The notes beneath the pieces are model-generated. The model searched no databases and was not told where the DNA came from. It worked only from the letters and a program-made list of their open reading frames with translations. From an uncultured delta proteobacterium (GTDB lineage: Bacteria > Myxococcota_A > Polyangia > Fen-1088): a stretch of 64,000 nucleotides of DNA. Made by a program: the position numbers and the translations under genes. Of the stretch, positions 1 through 8,299 are shown one piece after another (positions within the stretch are counted from its first letter, which is position 1; each line of letters begins with the position of its first letter). Location: NCBI GenBank assembly GCA_963796685.1, contig CAWCMR010000010.1, forward strand, positions 1 through 64,000, read 5' to 3'.

Positions 1-56
1 GTTATCCACAGGAATTCCTGATCAATTTCGATCACTTACGCGCTAACCGATCGGCA

Positions 57-296
57 TTGGTACTAGCCCTTCACCCGCGGATCTCAGAGTTCCTGGTGGT
101 CGACTCGTGCCTTGATCGCGGCGGTAGCTATGACTATGCGACGGGCTCCTGCGACCATGCGAAGAACCATCCATATGTTCCCTGGTCCGCGCGTTCACAC
201 GGAGATACTCCCATGTTGCAGGGGTTGGCCTTCGTCGTCGGCGGCGCGTTGGCATTTGTGCTCGGAGGAACGCGAATAGGACGGCATTCCTCCTGA
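57..296 (+). CDS. integron cassette hypothetical membrane protein (frame open to the window start, may be 5'-partial)
   Basis: ORF stops just before attC at 308; C-terminal hydrophobic segment. Confidence 0.55.
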   Translation: MVLALHPRISEFLVVDSCLDRGGSYDYATGSCDHAKNHPYVPWSARSHGDTPMLQGLAFVVGGALAFVLGGTRIGRHSS

Positions 297-307
297 GCGT
301 CGAGGCT

Positions 308-412
308 GCCGAACAAGCCGTTGCAGCGGATGTGGTCGCCGCAGGGACATCGGCGTAGAATCGAGGCGCCGGCTTGGCGGCGCCCACACCGCTGAACGGC
401 AAGGCGTTATCC
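308..412 (+). repeat. attC site (long type)
   Basis: R'' GCCGAAC 308-314, L'' GTTGCAGC pairing with L' GCTGAAC, R' GTTATCC 406-412. Confidence 0.9.
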
Positions 413-419
413 CGACCCT

Positions 420-902
420 ATGAAGCCGCTGATCCTCATCGTTGCTTTCTCCGTCGCCGCAGCGTCTGCGGTCCTTGCGGACGATCGCGGGGCGGCTGGA
501 TCTGTTGAACCGAGCCTTGGTGTGGCTATGGTGTTGAACCTAGTTGAAGCACCGATCGACGTCATCACGTTCCATTCCCGCTCCGCCGTCAGACTCTCTG
601 GGATCTGGAAACCTCGGCTTTCCGATGTGGCGGCCTGTGAACGATCTGCGCAGGACTATTTCAATCCATCGACGAAGCTTCTTCCGCACAAGTTCAAGGC
701 GTACCACCGCCAATACATCGGAATCAAGCGCGGTAAGAGGCGCCTTCTCTATCTGAACGCCTTCTATTCCCATCATGCGCCTGGACCTATTTTCAAGGTG
801 GAATTGGTCAATGCGTATGACGGTGGTGACAACTTCTGGGGGCTCGTTTGTGATCCTCGGAGCGGTCTCATCTCGGAGTTCGAGAAAAACCATGGGATGT
901 GA
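420..902 (+). CDS. cassette-encoded secreted hypothetical protein
   Basis: Signal-peptide-like N-terminus; bounded by complementary GTTATCC / GGATAAC. Confidence 0.8.
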   Translation: MKPLILIVAFSVAAASAVLADDRGAAGSVEPSLGVAMVLNLVEAPIDVITFHSRSAVRLSGIWKPRLSDVAACERSAQDYFNPSTKLLPHKFKAYHRQYIGIKRGKRRLLYLNAFYSHHAPGPIFKVELVNAYDGGDNFWGLVCDPRSGLISEFEKNHGM

Positions 903-910
903 CCTGGGCG

Positions 911-981
911 GGATAACATGCCGTTGAAGCTGTCGATCGGCCGCGGACGGCCGCTCGCAGCTTAACGGCAGGACGTTGGGC
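911..981 (+). repeat. attC site
   Basis: GGATAAC...GTTGAAGC...GCTTAAC...GTTGGGC imperfect palindrome. Confidence 0.9.
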
Positions 982-1023
982 GGACCATCGGGCACCATCT
1001 GGGTCGATCCATTGCAGTAGGAA

Positions 1024-1941
1024 GTGGTAGAGTTCGGCATCCCCGTCATGGCAGATTTCGAGCGGCACTACGGTACAGCCGAAGACCTTTGGGAGGCTCT
1101 CAGCCCGACGCAGAAGCTTTTCCCCGATCCCAGCAAGCTCATCTTCCGCGGTCAGGCAAATGCCTCATGGCAACTGATTCCTGCCGTTCTCCGAGACACC
1201 AACGACGACGAACCAACGGTTCGCGAGGTCATGATGGGGATGGGAACGGCTGACGTCCAGGTCTTCTACGAGAACATGCTTCTCATGGAATTCTGCAGGT
1301 ACTGTGACCAGGTTGGAGTGAGAATTCCTGGAGACTCGATAAAGTTGCGCGAGGCGCTTGACTCACAGAAGAACGATCGATACTTCATTTCCCCGGAATC
1401 GTGGCCAAATCCGGACCTGTTCGAGGTTATGGCCTTTGCACAGCACCATGGGGTTCGAACACGGCTTCTCGACTGGTGCAGGCATCCGTATATTGCAGTC
1501 TACTTTGCGGTGGAATCCGCGCTGAAGTCGTACAGAAAATGGACCACCGACTGGAACCTCGCAATCTGGGTTATCAACATCGAAGGTATCGGCCTCTACA
1601 GCAAGCGTGTGCAGATAGTGAGAACTCCCGGGTCCGTGAGCCCAAATCTGGCCGCCCAGTCTGGCCTATTCACCATCCAGAAGGTGAGCGGCGGTCGTGG
1701 TCAGGCCGTGACGCCGGTAGATCTGAAAGAGGAATTCATGGCGCACGGCTCGAAAGACATCCTGAAGCTGACCGTTCCCGCAATGGAAAGTGTTCGTTTG
1801 TACGACTTCTGCGAGAGGACTGGCGTGAATGCTGCATCGCTCTTTCCTGGCGCAGATGGAGCTGCCCGAGCCGCCCACGACAGTCTTCGTGCGGGGTGCG
1901 CTCGACAATGGATGATCAACAACGGGCATTGGCGGAAATGA
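1024..1941 (+). CDS. FRG domain protein (cassette)
   Basis: Motifs IFRGQANASWQLIP, AQHHGVRTRLLDW, AYFA-like VYFA, NLAAQSGLFT; ATG 1048 is an alternative start. Confidence 0.9.
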   Translation: MVEFGIPVMADFERHYGTAEDLWEALSPTQKLFPDPSKLIFRGQANASWQLIPAVLRDTNDDEPTVREVMMGMGTADVQVFYENMLLMEFCRYCDQVGVRIPGDSIKLREALDSQKNDRYFISPESWPNPDLFEVMAFAQHHGVRTRLLDWCRHPYIAVYFAVESALKSYRKWTTDWNLAIWVINIEGIGLYSKRVQIVRTPGSVSPNLAAQSGLFTIQKVSGGRGQAVTPVDLKEEFMAHGSKDILKLTVPAMESVRLYDFCERTGVNAASLFPGADGAARAAHDSLRAGCARQWMINNGHWRK

Positions 1942-1975
1942 ACATTATGGAAAGTGCACGACTTGCTTGTCGGCC

Positions 1976-2046
1976 GCCCAACAAGCCGTTGAAGCTGTCG
2001 GTCGGCCGCAGACGGCCGCCCGCAGCTTAACGGCAAGGCGTTCGGT
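1976..2046 (+). repeat. attC site
   Basis: GCCCAAC...GTTCGGT; near-copy of the attC at 911. Confidence 0.9.
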
Positions 2047-2172
2047 GGGCGCGCGGGCCAGCTTGGAAATCGCTGGCCGTCGGTGGGTGCGCGGGTCTTC
2101 TCTCGCACGTTGGTCTGGAGGAAGCGGACGACAAAGACCGTGCCGGCGAGGTGCTTCAGATGGCTGGCCGCC

Positions 2173-2339
2173 GCCGAACCGGCCGTTGCAGCGGTCGAGG
2201 GCCTGTCAACTCTCGGTCGACGGTCAACGAGCCGGGGCCGCGCGGCTCATCAGACGAACGAAGGCCGCCGCGCGGCCCCGGCAGTGCTACTATCGATCAG
2301 CCGGGACGGCCCTCGCCGCTGAACGGCACGCCGTTCGAC
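2173..2339 (+). repeat. attC site (very long, 167 bp)
   Basis: GCCGAAC, GTTGCAGCGG/CCGCTGAAC, R' GTTCGAC. Confidence 0.85.
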
Positions 2340-2396
2340 AGTCACGCATCCGGGTGGGTGGAGGTCTGGCTTGGCTCCCGGCAGCTCTAGCAAACA

Positions 2397-2876
2397 TCAG
2401 CGGCCGCCGGGTGTCTGCGTCGCTCTTACCTGGCGGATTCTCGCTTCCAGGTGGCTGATGTGCCAGTCGAGGTGGCGGTAATAGTCGTGCGCCAGGTACT
2501 CCAGGCTCAGTTCCTTGTCACCGACGATCCAGACGTTGCCAAGGCGCGCGGGATCCAAGTTGGAAACCAGGTGCAGCACAAAGGCGTTGTAGGACCGCAG
2601 GAGGTCGAGCATGGTCTTCCAAGCCAGGCCCTCGGGCTTTTCGATGGCGACCCAAGGCTCCGCCTCGTAGGGAGGGAAAACCAGACGCTGGGTGCGCTGC
2701 AGGTGCGTGAAGCGCTGGTGGTTGTTGCTGGCCGAATCAACGAGATGGCAGGCGATCTGCTTGATACTCCAGTCCTCGGCGGAAGGCTTGAGGTCGACCA
2801 GCGACTCGGGCACGGACTCGAACAGCGCCAGCAGGCGCGCAAGTGTGGCTTGAAAGCCAGCGATTGTAATTTCCAT
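2397..2876 (-). CDS. DinB/YfiT-like metal-binding protein (inverted cassette)
   Basis: WSIKQIACHLVDS and YYRHLDWH motifs. Confidence 0.85.
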   Translation of the reverse strand: MEITIAGFQATLARLLALFESVPESLVDLKPSAEDWSIKQIACHLVDSASNNHQRFTHLQRTQRLVFPPYEAEPWVAIEKPEGLAWKTMLDLLRSYNAFVLHLVSNLDPARLGNVWIVGDKELSLEYLAHDYYRHLDWHISHLEARIRQVRATQTPGGR

Positions 2877-2971
2877 GACACGACCCTAGCCCATCAATCG
2901 GCGTTGTAGAAGGACCGATATCGCTGATTGTGGACGAACCGTGAGGAACGCTCGTCGAGGAGAGGAGTGCT

Positions 2972-3075
2972 GTCGAACAAGCCGTTGCAGCGGATGTGGT
3001 CGCCGCGGGGACATCGTGTAGAATCGCGGCGCCAGCTTGGCGGCGCCCACACCGCTGAACGGCACGCCGTTCGAC
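2972..3075 (+). repeat. attC site (same family as 308)
   Basis: GTCGAAC...GTTCGAC; near-identical to 308-412. Confidence 0.9.
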
Positions 3076-3249
3076 GGACGCACCTGGCTCCAGTGCCCAG
3101 TTGTCATTGCTCCTTCGTAGCGGATCGCCCCTCGAAGCGATAGTATCTACGAGCAAGAGCATCAAGACGGTCCTCTCGCTTATGGCCTTCTCAATTCTTG
3201 GCATCTGGGCGTACGGTTGCAGCTCGGTTGAATGCAAGGACCACCCTGG

Positions 3250-3280
3250 GCGCCCGCGGTTGAACGGCAAATCGTTCGGC
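3250..3280 (+). repeat. orphan right half of an attC
   Basis: GCGCCCGCGGTTGAACGGCAAATCGTTCGGC (L'+R') with no upstream R''/L''. Confidence 0.6.
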
Positions 3281-3415
3281 TAATTGTCCGACATGAAAGT
3301 CAAGAATTCCACACCGCAAGTGTCAGCTATCGCACGTCTTCTGTCGGGCTGCCGCCATCTTTCGACGGCATGAAGATGGTTTCGTTCTTGCTATGGAGAT
3401 CCTTCAGCAATTGAG

Positions 3416-3883
3416 GTGACCATGAACCGCACGTCAGAAGAATGCAGACTTGTACCGCTACCACCCTCGTCGATTTGGAAACCCCACTTGGGAATACTGC
3501 TGCTTATTGCCTGCGTTGCCCAGAGTGGATGCCTCGATTACCGCACCTGCACAGGCCGCCACAAAGAGTGCTATGGAAGTAGCCCAAGTGACTTCTGTAC
3601 TAGTCTGAAGGGATGTCAGTGGGTTCCCGGTTGCGGTCCTCCGGGAAACTTCTGTTTCGCCGACGGCTACTCCCGGGCAGATTGCGAAAGTTATCCGTGG
3701 TGTGTATGGTCCGAGAGCAAGTGCTGGGTGCGAGATCCATGTGATCTCAAGACGGACCCGGCCACATGCACTGGAGTGTGTAGGTGGTCGCTGTGTACAG
3801 GCACAGCCAAGCAGTGCAGCGACTATCCCGTTGACGCTTGTCCCGCGAGCGAGGACTGCTATGTCGAAACGAACGGAATCTGA
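3416..3883 (+). CDS. Cys-rich lipoprotein (cassette)
   Basis: Hydrophobic stretch plus QSGC lipobox-like motif; repeated C-x-W disulfide-type modules. Confidence 0.75.
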   Translation: MTMNRTSEECRLVPLPPSSIWKPHLGILLLIACVAQSGCLDYRTCTGRHKECYGSSPSDFCTSLKGCQWVPGCGPPGNFCFADGYSRADCESYPWCVWSESKCWVRDPCDLKTDPATCTGVCRWSLCTGTAKQCSDYPVDACPASEDCYVETNGI

Positions 3884-3921
3884 TGGAAGGTTGAGTCATT
3901 CTCGCCTGTTCCGCGGACGCC

Positions 3922-3987
3922 GTCGAACAAGGCGTTGCACCTGGCAGTCCGCTTCGCGGCCTGCAGGTGAACGCCATACCGTTAGCC
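3922..3987 (+). repeat. attC site
   Basis: GTCGAAC, GTTGCACC/GGTGAAC, GTTAGCC. Confidence 0.9.
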
Positions 3988-4037
3988 GGACGGGAACCTT
4001 TGTCGCATCTGGGTTGTCTCCTGGTTGTCTCCTAGTG

Positions 4038-4436
4038 GTGATTCGACCGATTACCCAGGTGGTTGCCGTGGTGCTCTGCTTGGGCATTACCGTGCCAGCG
4101 GTGCCGGCAGGGAACCGCAGCAGCAGGTTGCGTTGCTTTACAGTGAGCCCTGGCTTGAGGCTCGTAGATCAGGATGTGGAGGACATCATCGCGGCCGTCC
4201 GCCGCAACTCGGGACGTCCAGTTCTCACCATCGAACCGCCGGACTTTAGTGACTACGCCCCCGCGGGCGTGGTTCAGGTCGTCATCTTGACATCGGGGGC
4301 ATGTGACGGCGGCTGCAAGGAGCGCATTTGGATTCGCAAGGGCAAGAGGGGCTGGCGAGTCTTCAAGAAACTTGGCGGGGGCGAGTGCTGGTTCACGATT
4401 GCGTCCGCGACGGCGCGCCGGCTAACAAGCCGTTGA
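4038..4436 (+). CDS. cassette-encoded secreted hypothetical protein
   Basis: Signal-peptide-like start within the cassette; stop codon lies inside the following attC. Confidence 0.65.
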   Translation: MIRPITQVVAVVLCLGITVPAVPAGNRSSRLRCFTVSPGLRLVDQDVEDIIAAVRRNSGRPVLTIEPPDFSDYAPAGVVQVVILTSGACDGGCKERIWIRKGKRGWRVFKKLGGGECWFTIASATARRLTSR

Positions 4437-4439
4437 AGC
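4420..4439 (+). repeat. attC left half (R''+L''), interrupted by IS110
   Basis: GGCTAACAAGCCGTTGAAGC directly abuts the IS end. Confidence 0.85.
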
Positions 4440-4589
4440 GCTCGTACGGAGTGCAAGCAAAAAGAACAGGGAGTGATCGGGCTGCTGAGGGCACACGAGA
4501 TCCGTTCCGCGAGAAGAGAAAGCGGCAATAGGAATCACGTGCGCGGGTCGGGTTGAGCGGGCGAGAGATCCGGAGGCAATCGGCCTGGG

Positions 4590-4926
4590 TAAACGAAACG
4601 CTCCAGTAGGATGTCCGCAGGTCACGGCACCGAGTCAGCTGGCAACGGAAATTGAATCAGGTCGAAGATCCTCAGGGTGCCTCGAAACAGACGCCACTCT
4701 TGCGCAAGGCAGAGATGAGCTTCAACAGAAGGTCACCCGTCGGAGATCTCACACGTTCAAAGCATTCGTTGACTGGGGTTGGTTGCTCCTTTCCTGTAAT
4801 CGGGTCTGACCATGTGGGCAGGTCAGGTCAAAGGTCCGCGGGGTGCCTCGGGACTGACGGCGCTCTTGCGCGAGGCAGAGATACGATTCAACGGAAGGTC
4901 ACCCCTCGGAGATCGGGAATGTTCAA
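4590..4926 (-). ncRNA. putative bridge/seekRNA: two target-binding loops plus one donor-binding loop
   Basis: 104-nt direct repeats 4657-4760 and 4823-4926 carrying attC-matching variable segments; segments at 4634-4640 and 4598-4603 match the IS circle junction; ends of the RNA are uncertain. Confidence 0.75.
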
Positions 4927-4952
4927 CATGGATCGGCCGAAGACCGCCATGG

Positions 4953-6293
4953 CTACGTCGCCACCTGCAAACGACGGATGTCGAAGAGCTTGCTGCTGTC
5001 GAAGGTCCCGCCACGGTCGACGTGGTACAGCGCCTTGGCCAGCTTGCGCATCAGCGCCACCGCGGCCCGCGAGGCGCGGCCACCGTCTCGCTGCTTTTTG
5101 CGCTGGTACCAGGCGTTGGCGATGGGATCCTTCTGAATCCAACGGAAGATGGCGAGCCACAGGAGCTGGCGTATCCGGGACGGGCCGCGTTTGGTGATCT
5201 TGATCTGGCCGTGCATGGTGCCGCTGCTCTTCTCTTTGAGGTTGAGCCCCATGGCCTTCAGAAAGGCGCGCGTGCAGTGGTACGACCTTGCATCGCCAAC
5301 CTCGGCGAAGATAGCGGCAGCAGTGGTGGAACCGACGACTGGGGCAAGCGTGGCGGCGGGCGTGGTGGCGGCGAGCTGTGCGACCTTGGTCTTCGCCGCA
5401 GCGAATGCGCGGTGGGCGTGATAGGCCTCCTCCGCGATGGCCATCAGGGCCTCGCGTTCGAGGCCGATCAGCGGGATGCCGACGGAGGTCTTGGCCGAGG
5501 CGACCACGGCGGCAATCGCGTCCTCCTCAAGGAGCCTGTGACTGATCCCGCGAAGCAGCTTGGTCGCTTGGTCTGGAGCGGCGGCGACATCCGCGGGACC
5601 GCCGATGCGCGCAAGCACAGCCATGAGGCAGGACGAAGTCAAGTCAAGCAGGGCTGGCAACTCCGGCCAGTGGCGAGCCAGCCAGCTCTCCAGGCGATTC
5701 ACGAGCTGCAGGTAGCGCTCCTGGTGGAGATCCATGATGGCCAGGGCCGCCCGGAGCTGCCGGCGTTCTGGAACTTCGTCGGCCAGGCGGCTGGAGAGGC
5801 CGTCGGCGTGCAGCCTGGCGATGATGGCGGCTGACTTGGCGTCGTGAAGACTAGGCACGCCGTCGAAGATTTCCTTGGCATCGTGGGTGCGCTTGCCGCT
5901 GACCATGAACACCGGGAATCCGTCCTTTTCGAGTTGGTGGCGAAGCACATCGCCGTAGGTGCCGGAAGGCTCCATGACGGCTTCGACGGTGACTCCAGCG
6001 GCACGGAAGCCCCGAAGGATGGAGAGTACGCAGGGGTTCTGCTCGGGAGCCTTCCAGCAGATGGTGTGCAGTACGTGCCCGTCGGCAGCGGCCAGGGCCG
6101 CGACCATGTCGACCTTGGCGACATCGATGGCGAAGACCAGCTTGCCGCCCAGGTCGGCGTGCGAAATGGTCTGGGGCTGAAAATCGTTGACGGGCATTCT
6201 GCGATAGATACGCTTCTTCATGATGCGGATGACCTCCTTCGTCGGGTTTTGCGACTTCGACATCTTGGGGCGTCCCCGTCCTTTTTTCTTCAA
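4953..6293 (-). CDS. IS110-family transposase/recombinase
   Basis: RuvC-like AIDVAK, MEPSG and HDAKSA; C-terminal Tnp domain with EKSSG and ITKRG, ALMRKL; true start may be ATG 6263. Confidence 0.92.
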   Translation of the reverse strand: MKKKGRGRPKMSKSQNPTKEVIRIMKKRIYRRMPVNDFQPQTISHADLGGKLVFAIDVAKVDMVAALAAADGHVLHTICWKAPEQNPCVLSILRGFRAAGVTVEAVMEPSGTYGDVLRHQLEKDGFPVFMVSGKRTHDAKEIFDGVPSLHDAKSAAIIARLHADGLSSRLADEVPERRQLRAALAIMDLHQERYLQLVNRLESWLARHWPELPALLDLTSSCLMAVLARIGGPADVAAAPDQATKLLRGISHRLLEEDAIAAVVASAKTSVGIPLIGLEREALMAIAEEAYHAHRAFAAAKTKVAQLAATTPAATLAPVVGSTTAAAIFAEVGDARSYHCTRAFLKAMGLNLKEKSSGTMHGQIKITKRGPSRIRQLLWLAIFRWIQKDPIANAWYQRKKQRDGGRASRAAVALMRKLAKALYHVDRGGTFDSSKLFDIRRLQVAT

Positions 6294-6308
6294 CTACCTT
6301 TAGCTGAC

Positions 6309-6353
6309 TGACGGGCGCTGGCGCGCCCGCGGGTTAACGCCAAGGCGTTGGAC
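6309..6353 (+). repeat. attC right half
   Basis: TGACGGGCGCTGGCGCGCCCGCGGGTTAACGCCAAGGCGTTGGAC. Confidence 0.85.
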
Positions 6354-6718
6354 ATGCAGGACCGCTTGAGGCGGGCGAAGGAGTTCTGGCGGCCACGAAA
6401 CGGCAGCTCTTGGTCGGCGATGCGATGTTGCTGGCGACGATCTCGGTGACTGTCGCGACTGGCTTGGTCACGGCGGTCGCGGTGGGGCATGCAGTTGCCG
6501 CGAACACGTCCGAATCGGCTTCGGCGCCGGCATCTCCTCTCGGGCGGCTGATCTCGCGAACACGATCAGCGAGACGGCAGCGACCGGGTCCTCGGACGCA
6601 GTTAGCGCAGCGATCCCGGCCTCACGACAAACACCATCGGGGTCTTCCGAAAATCGCGAGAACGCAGGACTCAGCCTCGGCCTCGAAGGGCCGCGAAGGC
6701 CAGGTGCGCGGTCCCGAT

Positions 6719-6819
6719 GTCCAACATGCCGTTGCAGCAATCCCGCCGCAGGGACATCGGTGTAGAGTCGAGTGGCCGACTCGGCGGCGGGCTTGCTGCT
6801 GAACGGCAAAGCGTTAGCC
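6719..6819 (+). repeat. attC site (long type)
   Basis: GTCCAAC...GTTAGCC; R'' complementary to GTTGGAC 6347. Confidence 0.9.
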
Positions 6820-6825
6820 GGACAA

Positions 6826-7584
6826 ATGACTATGACCAACTCTGAAAAGATCGTTCGCATCGAGAAATTCCGCGTGCTCGTCCTGCGCTGGAGCCAGTCC
6901 GAGAAGGCAGAGGATCGTTCGAAGATCAATCGGGAGAAGACTTGGATTCGGCAGCAAGTCATTGAGGCGAGGTGCTTCAAGAGCTTGACAATCGGACCAC
7001 CACCGGCGATCGGCGGGCTGGTCCTTGAGGGGGTGGACGCTTTCGAGATGATGTTCAACCCGCCTTGGCACATGAATCTTGTACCTACCGTTGTCGATAT
7101 GCTCGATGCGACCATCGGCGTCCTGACGGCCGAGCCAGAACGCGAAGACGAAGCGCAGAAGGCTCCGAGTATATCGACCTCGACGGTGCCAAACTAAGCG
7201 TTCGTCGCCATGCCGATGGACCGCTCGGATCCAAACCTTGATGATGTGCTGGACGCAATCAAAGAGGCCGGCCATCGCTGCGGTGTTCAAGCAGAGCGGG
7301 TCGACGAACCCGCGACCAACGAACGCGTAACCGACCGCATTCTGGAATCCATCGATCGCGCCGAATTCGTCATCGCGGATCTAACCCACGCGAAGCCCAA
7401 CGTATACTACGAGGCCGGTTATGCTCACGCTCGCGGCAAGACACCAATCTATATCGCACGCGAAGGGACCAATCTGGAGTTCGATCTCAAGGATTATCCA
7501 GTGATCTTCTTCCAAAGCTTGAAACGGTTGAAGGACGACCTCGAAAAGCGGTTGCGCGGCTTGGCGGCGAAGCGTGCCGGCTAA
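6826..7584 (+). pseudogene. nucleoside 2-deoxyribosyltransferase-like (NDT/TIR-like) protein with in-frame TAA at 7195-7197
   Basis: The frame continues after the stop as AFVAMPM...AEFVIADLT..PNVYYEAGYAHA. Confidence 0.75.
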
Positions 7585-7647
7585 CAAGCCGTTGAAGCTC
7601 GGTCGGCCGCAGACGGCCGCCCACCGCTTAACGGCAAGGCGTTGGGC
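7579..7647 (+). repeat. attC site
   Basis: GGCTAAC...GTTGGGC; family of 911/1976. Confidence 0.9.
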
Positions 7648-7657
7648 GGACGACTCG

Positions 7658-7695
7658 GACTAAGCCGTTGACTTAGTCAGCCAATGGCCTATAGT
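7658..7695 (+). promoter_or_regulatory. TA cassette promoter with operator inverted repeat
   Basis: TTGACT 7668-N16-TATAGT 7690; IR GACTAAG/CTTAGTC over the -35. Confidence 0.65.
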
Positions 7696-7701
7696 TAAGC
7701 G

Positions 7702-7998
7702 GTGAAGGTCGTCTGGGATGAAACCAAGAACCTTGCAAACCAGAAGAAGCACGGCGTCTCATTTCAAGAGGCGCGGGTTCTTTTCGACGAGCGACGCGAG
7801 TACCTCGAGATATTCGACGAGGCGCACTCGGACGAAGAGGACCGATTCCTCGCCGTCGGCCCCATCGAAAGGGGCCTCGTTCTCGTCGTGTACACCACGC
7901 GCGACGACGAGGACACCATTCGCATCATCAGCGCGCGTTGGGCGTCGAAACGGGAGAAGGGACTCTTTCGCAACCACATCGAACGGGGTGCACGATGA
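7702..7998 (+). CDS. BrnT family toxin
   Basis: WDETKNLANQKKHGVSF...EDRF...IRIISAR. Confidence 0.9.
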   Translation: MKVVWDETKNLANQKKHGVSFQEARVLFDERREYLEIFDEAHSDEEDRFLAVGPIERGLVLVVYTTRDDEDTIRIISARWASKREKGLFRNHIERGAR

Positions 7999-8285
7999 AC
8001 GATATACCTGAGCTCACGGAGGAGCAGCTCGCGCGAGCGATCTCGAGTCGCATGCGCAAGCGTCTCATCGCCGGGCAAATCGAAGGTGGTGAGGACGTCG
8101 TTGCTTTGAGGCGCTTTGTCGGTCTCTCGCAGTCGCAGTTCGCGCAAGCCATGGGCATCAGCGTCCATACGTTGCGCAACTGGGAGCAAGGCCGCAGGCG
8201 ACCCGAGGGGCCCGCCATCGGTCTGCTGAGGATTGCGGCTCGCCATCCACGGATGATTCGCGAGAACCTGAAGACGGCGGCATGA
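7995..8285 (+). CDS. XRE/HTH antitoxin
   Basis: ATGA overlap with the toxin; LSQSQFA...TLRNWEQGRRRP. Confidence 0.85.
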   Translation: MNDIPELTEEQLARAISSRMRKRLIAGQIEGGEDVVALRRFVGLSQSQFAQAMGISVHTLRNWEQGRRRPEGPAIGLLRIAARHPRMIRENLKTAA

Positions 8286-8299
8286 CCCAAGAGCGCGCC

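Larger units (their letters stand above)
4440..6308 (-). mobile_element. IS110-family (IS1111-attC-like) insertion sequence
   Basis: Splits an attC after GTTGAAGC; imperfect sub-terminal IRs 4450-4472 and 6273-6295 (18/23); ~510-bp non-coding region downstream of the transposase. Confidence 0.9.

Noticed and set aside
2-10. Perfect DnaA box TTATCCACA (also resembles an attC R' box GTTATCC)
   Set aside because: Single copy at the window edge with no oriC context; as an R' box it does not complement the next R'' (GCCGAAC)
4652-5834. Plus-strand ORFs 4652-5197 and 4812-5834
   Set aside because: Antisense shadows of the transposase and its non-coding end
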